Assembly: GCA_037442745.1 (NCBI GenBank)
Contig: JBBIPP010000007.1
Coordinates: 52,943-73,741 of the forward strand
Source: an archaeon
GTDB lineage: Archaea > SpSt-1190 > DYHY01
Length of the DNA stretch: 20,799 nucleotides
Direction of reading: 5' to 3'
This document shows positions 16,011 to 20,799 of this stretch, piece by piece. The notes beneath the pieces were generated by a model, which had not been told where the DNA came from, did not search any database, and worked only from the letters and a program-made list of their open reading frames with translations. Position numbers and translations under genes: made by a program. Each line of letters starts with the position of its first letter. Positions within the stretch are counted from its first letter, which is position 1.

Positions 16011-16628
16011 ATGGCTAAAAAGGAGATTTTAGTTTTTTTACTTGCCTTGATTGTTCTTTTTTCCGGCTGCGTGAGTTTGGACAAAAGATACATTCCTCCG
16101 GAGAAAGTAGATGTTGTCGAAAATACGTTTTAACCTACTACTACAACAACAATACAAAATGTTTCAATTACAACTGTCAAACCAGCAACCACAAAAACAG
16201 AACTTCCCAAAGTGCCTGTATTCAAAATAGGAGAAACTGCGTCAGATAAGGAGCTAAAAATAACGGTCAATTCTGTTCAATTCAAATCAGTAATAGACGA
16301 ACTGAAAAACGATTTATTAGTTGAATTCGCTCCGGAAGGAATGGAATACTTGATACTAGACCTCACATTTGAGAATCTAAGAAAAGATGAAACCCAAACA
16401 ATAAGCCAGATTTTATCGTTTTTGGTGAAAGACCAAGAAGGATATGATTATAGCTTTGATTTTAGAGGATTCGTAGCATTAGAGAACGGCTTCAAAGAAG
16501 GTGAGGTACTTCCGGGAATGAAAAAAAGAGGGCGGACGGTTTTCCTAGTTCCCAAATCAGCTACCGACCTCAAATTCATATACAAATTTGATTTCGTAGG
16601 AACAACGTCGGTTTTTGATGTCAAATAA
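16011..16628 (+). pseudogene. DUF4352-like lipoprotein interrupted by one in-frame TAA
   Basis: ATG 16011 follows a TTTATA box. Signal peptide with lipobox LFSGC, TAA at 16131-16133 (codon 41), then a Thr-rich linker and an Ig-like domain (FKIGE...KITVNSV...DLTFEN...VKDQEG...LPGMKKRG...FLVPK) in the same frame. Confidence 0.8.
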
Positions 16629-16756
16629 CAAAGTTCATTCGAACAAGTTCATGCGGAACTCGATGGGTTATGTTTTGACTTGGGGTTTGGGTAGAAAAAC
16701 ATAGGCGTCGATTGGGTTCCGGAGAGCTAGCAAAGTCCAGTCATCAGACTGGAAAC

Positions 16757-16768
16757 TCCCATTGGGCC
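16757..16768 (+). repeat. Direct repeat of the tRNA-Ile 3' end (att-like)
   Basis: TCCCATTGGGCC is identical to 15729-15740. Both are preceded by AAA, with one extra C in this copy. Confidence 0.6.
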
Positions 16769-16773
16769 AACTC

Positions 16774-16822
16774 CAAACTTTACGAAAGTTTGACCAAAAG
16801 GGGCGTTTGTTGCAAACGCCCC
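16774..16822 (-). repeat. Variant copy of the double-hairpin element seen at 1-55 and 83-137
   Basis: Minus strand reads GGGGCGTTTG-CAA-CAAACGCCCC-TTTTGGT-CAAACTTT-CGT-AAAGTTTG. Confidence 0.85.
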
Positions 16823-17049
16823 TGTTTTTTCCGTGAACTATTTTGCCACGAGGCAAAAGGGTTCGTTGCAAATCCAGTTTCGGCCAACTCACTAAACAAT
16901 GCGTGGCTCTTCCCCTCCTAGTTCCGGGTTCATCCTGACCTTCCCGCGCTCGTCCGAGCGGATCTAGATTGCCTGCTGAGGCGTCTGAGGACAACAAGTT
17001 CCTCCAGATTCCGCCCAAATCTCCCTCGAAAGGGCGTCTCTGGCAATTT

Positions 17050-17205
17050 TCATTTTTTCTTCGCAGGGCAGTTCCTGGAATACTTGCAGGAAGAGCAGTT
17101 TTTTCCGGCGCAAGACAGGATTATGTTTTTCCCCCAATAGAACAGCGCAATAAGAGTTAATGCCCAACCGAAGGAATAGAACGAAAGAATCTCCACGTTA
17201 ATCAT
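17050..17205 (-). CDS. FeoB-associated Cys-rich small membrane protein (51 aa)
   Basis: ATGA overlap with the feoB stop. One TM helix, then CAGKNCSSCKYSRNC. Confidence 0.8.
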   Translation of the reverse strand: MINVEILSFYSFGWALTLIALFYWGKNIILSCAGKNCSSCKYSRNCPAKKK

Positions 17206-19022
17206 GCCGGAATTCCCCCAAAGAAAAGCAAGAAAGAGAATCTGCCAAAAATGGCGAAAACATAGGCAACTGCAACATAGTATATTGAGGCAAGAAAAGC
17301 GGTTTTCCAAGACCCTGTCTCAGACCTTATTGCCCCAAGAGCCGCAAAGCAGGGTATGTAGAGGAGGACGAATATCATGAATGCGACTGCCGCGTCCGGT
17401 GAGAAATCATCAGAAATCCTCCTCGAAATCTCCTCTCCCTCCCCAGTCCCATATGTAGTGGCGAAAGAGCTTATGACAACTTCCTTTGCAACCATTCCGT
17501 TTAATATAGCAAGGCTTGCGTGCCAGGAATCAAAGCCTAGCGGAGCGAATATTGGGGAGAAAATTCCCCCTAGCAACCCGGCAAGGCTCTCCTTTGATCC
17601 GTATTCTACCCCATAAGGCGCGCTAGCAAGGAACCACATCACAACGGACGCTCCGAGAATTATTGTTCCCGCCCTCTCAGCAAAAGATCGCAGGCTTTCT
17701 CCAGTGTCGACCACGAGGTTCTTTGGATAAGGGAACCGATATTTCGGGAGCTCTATTAGGAGGATGTCTCTGCCTTCTTCCGCCCCTTCCCCCCGGGAAA
17801 AGAGAGGCTTCATGAAATACGCGCTGAGGAGAGCGACAGCGAAACCCAGGAAATAAAGGCAAAAGATAGCGACCGCCTCATGTCCTGGGAAGAAAATCCC
17901 AGAGAACAAAACATATACGGGAAGCCTTGCCGAGCAAGACATGAATGGTATTGAGAGTATTGCAATTTTCTTCACCCTCTCTTCCCTTATTATCCGGGTT
18001 CCCATCATTGCCGGAACATTGCATCCGAAACCCAAGAGCATCGGGATTATCGCCTTTCCTCCGAGTCCGAATCTTCTGAGGAGGGAATCGAGGACTGCAG
18101 CTACCCTCGCGAGATATCCAGAGTCCTCTAGGAAATAGAGAAGAAACGACATTGTCGCTATCTGGGGGAGGAAAGATATCACAGCCCCTACGCCTGCAAG
18201 TACTCCGCTCTCAAGGAGAGAGGAAAACCACTCTGGAAGAAACTGGACACCTTTCACCAATTCGACAGCCAGTTCCGCCTGAGCTCCGAACATGAGGTCG
18301 AAGAGCGAATTAATCGGTTCAGAGAGGAGAAATGTCAGGTGGAATATCCCAAACATTGTTGCTAGGAAAATCAGTGGCCCAATAATTGGGTTGAGGGCTA
18401 ACGAGTCAAAGTCAAAAGGGCTTTTGGGCTCAGCAGCCATACTTTGCACTGCTCCCTTTAGGATTGCCGAAATTGCCAAATACCGTTTCTTCGGAGAATC
18501 CGACTTTTTGAACAGCGCTGACTTTTTTCGAAAGGCACCATTGGATTCGAGAGCCAGGCGCATTGCCTGAAGAGCGCTCTCCCTTTTCCTCGCGTCAACC
18601 TTTGCGAAAGGTATTCCGAACCCTTTTCCGAGCGCCTTCTCGTCAATCTCCCGCTCCCCCGAAGGGCCGAGGAAGTTGATTGCGCAGACGACATTCTCCC
18701 CTCTTGATAGCAGGTCTGTCGTGAGATAGAGGTTTCTCTCAAGGTTCGAAGCGTCGACAATATGTATTATTGCATCGAACTTTTCTTCGGAGGAGATTGC
18801 GTCAAGAACAACACGCTCGTCTTCTGAGAGCGGGGCTAGGCTATACGCCCCCGGAAGGTCTGTCAGTTCTACCTCCTTGCCGTCGAGCATTATCAGTGCG
18901 CTTCTCCGCTCAATAGTTTTCCCGGGCCAGTTGGCGACTTTTTGGCGCTCTCCAGATACCGAATTGAAGAAGCTCGATTTCCCGACATTCGGGTTTCCGA
19001 CAAGCGCAATCCGGAAAGTCAT
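17202..19022 (-). CDS. feoB: Ferrous iron transporter FeoB
   Basis: Start MTFRIALVGNPNVGKS (ATGA overlap with feoA), NWPG, DLPG, LEDSGY, GFGCNVPA, CSARLPVY and LYIPC. Confidence 0.96.
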   Translation of the reverse strand: MTFRIALVGNPNVGKSSFFNSVSGERQKVANWPGKTIERRSALIMLDGKEVELTDLPGAYSLAPLSEDERVVLDAISSEEKFDAIIHIVDASNLERNLYLTTDLLSRGENVVCAINFLGPSGEREIDEKALGKGFGIPFAKVDARKRESALQAMRLALESNGAFRKKSALFKKSDSPKKRYLAISAILKGAVQSMAAEPKSPFDFDSLALNPIIGPLIFLATMFGIFHLTFLLSEPINSLFDLMFGAQAELAVELVKGVQFLPEWFSSLLESGVLAGVGAVISFLPQIATMSFLLYFLEDSGYLARVAAVLDSLLRRFGLGGKAIIPMLLGFGCNVPAMMGTRIIREERVKKIAILSIPFMSCSARLPVYVLFSGIFFPGHEAVAIFCLYFLGFAVALLSAYFMKPLFSRGEGAEEGRDILLIELPKYRFPYPKNLVVDTGESLRSFAERAGTIILGASVVMWFLASAPYGVEYGSKESLAGLLGGIFSPIFAPLGFDSWHASLAILNGMVAKEVVISSFATTYGTGEGEEISRRISDDFSPDAAVAFMIFVLLYIPCFAALGAIRSETGSWKTAFLASIYYVAVAYVFAIFGRFSFLLFFGGIPA

Positions 19023-19255
19023 TCCAGGCACTCCACAAGTATCTTTTCCGCCTGCCCTCTTCCGATTGCGAGCTCCCCTCCAAACACCCGGACAATTACT
19101 GGGCCCTTTCCAATTGACTTGGCGACGGAAAGCTTCCCTCCTTTGAAAATCCCAAGTTCCCCGAGGCGGAAGGAGAGCTCCCTTCCGGCGGATATTTCCA
19201 CGACAACGCAGTCCCTTCCGCAAGACATTTCGGAGAGCTTCTGCAGTTTTTTCAT
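19019..19255 (-). CDS. feoA: Ferrous iron transport protein FeoA
   Basis: RLGELGI...GPVIVRV...LAIGRGQAEKILV. ATG 19255 overlaps the regulator stop (ATGA). Confidence 0.92.
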   Translation of the reverse strand: MKKLQKLSEMSCGRDCVVVEISAGRELSFRLGELGIFKGGKLSVAKSIGKGPVIVRVFGGELAIGRGQAEKILVECLE

Positions 19256-19650
19256 TTCACTGAGCACCTTCCTTTGCACCGCTCCAAGAAACCTTCCAGC
19301 ACAACAAGGGCCTTGTCAGAGAGATTGTGCTCAAGCCTGCACGCCTCATCGGTCGCGTCCTTCTCGGGGAGGCCGATCCTCAGGAGAAGCTTCTTTAGGG
19401 TCTCGTGCTTCTTATACACGCTTTCGCCCTCTTTCCTTCCTTTGGAAGTTAGGCGTTTCTCCCCTCTTGCGGAGTTTATGACAAGCCCACTCCGTTCCAG
19501 CTTTCCTAGCATCTCGCTAACGGAAGGCATTGAAATCCGAAGAGCCATAGAAATGCCTTTTGTGGTTGAAGCCCTTCCATTGAGCTCGCAGCGGTACATC
19601 TCTTCGAGATACTCGTCAACGCTTGTGTTGCTCCGCTTTTTGTGCTTCAA
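19252..19650 (-). CDS. DtxR/MntR-family metal-dependent repressor
   Basis: DEYLEEMY, SMPSVSEML-x-KL, LTSKG, KKHE and EACRLEH motifs. No C-terminal FeoA-like domain. Confidence 0.93.
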   Translation of the reverse strand: MKHKKRSNTSVDEYLEEMYRCELNGRASTTKGISMALRISMPSVSEMLGKLERSGLVINSARGEKRLTSKGRKEGESVYKKHETLKKLLLRIGLPEKDATDEACRLEHNLSDKALVVLEGFLERCKGRCSVK

Positions 19651-19659
19651 TGCGCCGGA

Positions 19660-19686
19660 AATTAGGCTAACCTAATTATAAAGTTT
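19660..19686 (-). promoter_or_regulatory. DtxR-type operator palindrome abutting a TATA box
   Basis: AATTAGG-CTAA-CCTAATT at 19660-19677. Minus strand reads TTTTATAA-TTAGGTTAGCCTAA, with the TATA box ~26 nt upstream of TTG 19650. Confidence 0.85.
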
Positions 19687-19708
19687 TCCGACCAATAGCA
19701 CTGCCAAC

Positions 19709-20635
19709 TCAGACCCATTTCTTCTTCCGGAAATAGTACATTGCGACTAGGACGAACCCCCCGGCAATCAGGAGTATTATATTTGATGCGAATGGGCTTT
19801 CTCCCAATGGAAGCTCGACGTTCATCCCGTAGAAATTGAAGAAAATTGTCGGAATTGAGAGGAGAATTGTCACAATTGTGAGGAGCTTCATTACCTCGTT
19901 TATGTTGTTTGAGACTATTGAGACATACGCATCCATTGTGTTTGACAGGATGTTGCTGTAAATCGCAGTCTCGTCTAGCGCCTGATTGACCTCAATTAAG
20001 GCGTCCTCTAGGACTTCCTCGTCCTCCGAATCGAGCTGAAAGACGCGTCCCGACTCTATCTTTTCGAGGGTCTTTTTGTTCGAAATCAGCGCCTTGTTGA
20101 AATAGACGAGCTCTTTTTGTATCTTGAGGAGGCGCTTCACTTCAGTGTTCTTGAGAGCGAACTGGACGTCCTTCTCCAGATGGTCGACCTCTTTATCTAT
20201 CCTGTCCAGATATTTGTTGTATTCCTTCCCGATTGCCGCGAGGATTTTTATTACAATGAGCTTTTTTTTCTTGGCAAGCCGTTGGTATTTTGCAAGAACC
20301 GCCTCGACAAATGGAATCCTCTCAAGGGATACTGTGACTAGCTTGTTCTTCGAGAGGATTAGCGATATCGGGATTGTCGCGCTATCCCCTTCAAGCGCAT
20401 CAGGTCGCGGAACCTTTAGGAGAATTAGGACATGGCCACCCTCCTTCTCTATCCGCGGGCTCTCGTCCTCGTCTAGGGCCGCCTTTGAGAAATCTATTGG
20501 GATTTCAAGGGATTTTTCGAGTTCGCCCAGTTCTGAAAAATCGGGAACTATTGCGTTTATCCAGTCGGCTTTCTGTATTGTCCCGACCTCCCGTGGCTTG
20601 CCAGTTCTCTGGTCGAAGACGAATTTTTCTATCAT
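19709..20635 (-). CDS. corA: CorA-family Mg2+/Co2+ transporter
   Basis: ALDEDESPRIE, NNINEVMKLLT, YGMNV signature, two C-terminal TM helices and KKKW. Confidence 0.95.
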   Translation of the reverse strand: MIEKFVFDQRTGKPREVGTIQKADWINAIVPDFSELGELEKSLEIPIDFSKAALDEDESPRIEKEGGHVLILLKVPRPDALEGDSATIPISLILSKNKLVTVSLERIPFVEAVLAKYQRLAKKKKLIVIKILAAIGKEYNKYLDRIDKEVDHLEKDVQFALKNTEVKRLLKIQKELVYFNKALISNKKTLEKIESGRVFQLDSEDEEVLEDALIEVNQALDETAIYSNILSNTMDAYVSIVSNNINEVMKLLTIVTILLSIPTIFFNFYGMNVELPLGESPFASNIILLIAGGFVLVAMYYFRKKKWV

Positions 20636-20641
20636 GAAAAA

Positions 20642-20797
20642 TCAGCGCCTCGGGTATTGCTGCTGTTGCTGTTGATAATATTGCTGTGGAGGTTGTTGTT
20701 GCTGCTGTTGCTGTTGATAATATTGCTGTGGAGGTTGTTGTTGCTGCTGTTGGGTGAGAAGAGATTGTTTCGGCCCGCTATTGTTTCCCGGTTTAAT
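20642..20797 (-). CDS. 3' end of a CDS with a Gln/Pro/Tyr-rich tail (continues beyond the window)
   Basis: IKPGNNSGPKQSLLT-QQQQQQPPQQYY-QQQQQQQQPPQQYY-QQQQQQYPRR*. The stop lies 6 nt upstream of the corA ATG. Confidence 0.75.
   Translation of the reverse strand: MKPGNNSGPKQSLLTQQQQQQPPQQYYQQQQQQQQPPQQYYQQQQQQYPRR
20657..20752. repeat. 42-bp tandem repeat, ~2.3 copies
   Basis: TTGCTGCTGTTGCTGTTGATAATATTGCTGTGGAGGTTGTTG at 20657 and 20699, with a partial copy at 20741. Confidence 0.92.
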
Positions 20798-20799
20798 CC

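Noticed and set aside
16700-16770. Hammerhead, C/D-box or RNase P RNA (CTGATGA on the minus strand; AAAGTCC and GGAAACTCC on the plus strand)
   Set aside because: The partner motifs are missing: no GAAA after stem II, no suitably placed CTGA D box, and no RNase P 3' P4 strand.
15139-16966. Stop-codon reassignment explaining in-frame TGA, TAA and TAG
   Set aside because: All three stops terminate intact conserved genes here (for example ileS TGA, HerA-like TGA, htpX TAG, rhomboid TAA), the interruptions use different codons, and a frameshift is also present.
19023-19223. 67-aa N-terminal extension of FeoB in the ORF track
   Set aside because: It overlaps feoA in another frame. ATG 19022 gives the standard FeoB start with an ATGA overlap.
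1368-20675. Numerous antisense and alternate-frame ORFs (for example 1368-1832, 3458-4000, 18942-19481, 20124-20675)
   Set aside because: They are shadows of well-supported genes and have no recognisable motifs.

Overview
Archaeal window, most likely DPANN-type. This is inferred from TATA/BRE-led near-leaderless genes, an archaeal IleRS, a BHB-intron tRNA-Ile(UAU), class III pilin-like proteins and a stand-alone HerA-family ATPase. Left to right: a 55-bp double-hairpin direct repeat; a divergent ribosomal protein S26e hidden at the end of a fused ORF; a rhomboid with a ~130-aa coiled-coil between its catalytic Ser and His; a decayed ~1-kb region; HerA-like ATPase, HemK-like methyltransferase, htpX and an R15P-isomerase/eIF2B-like gene; two paralogous ~630-aa pilin-tipped surface proteins (minus strand); ileS, an msrQ-like gene, a cupin and a PlsC-like pseudogene; divergent tRNA-Glu(CUC) and tRNA-Ile(UAU). 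An AT-rich islet follows, with a nonsense-interrupted lipoprotein gene, a duplicated tRNA 3' end and a covarying copy of the double-hairpin element. The window ends with a DtxR-boxed dtxR-feoA-feoB-Cys-peptide operon, corA and a Gln-rich partial CDS. All calls come from reading motifs by eye; no searches were run.
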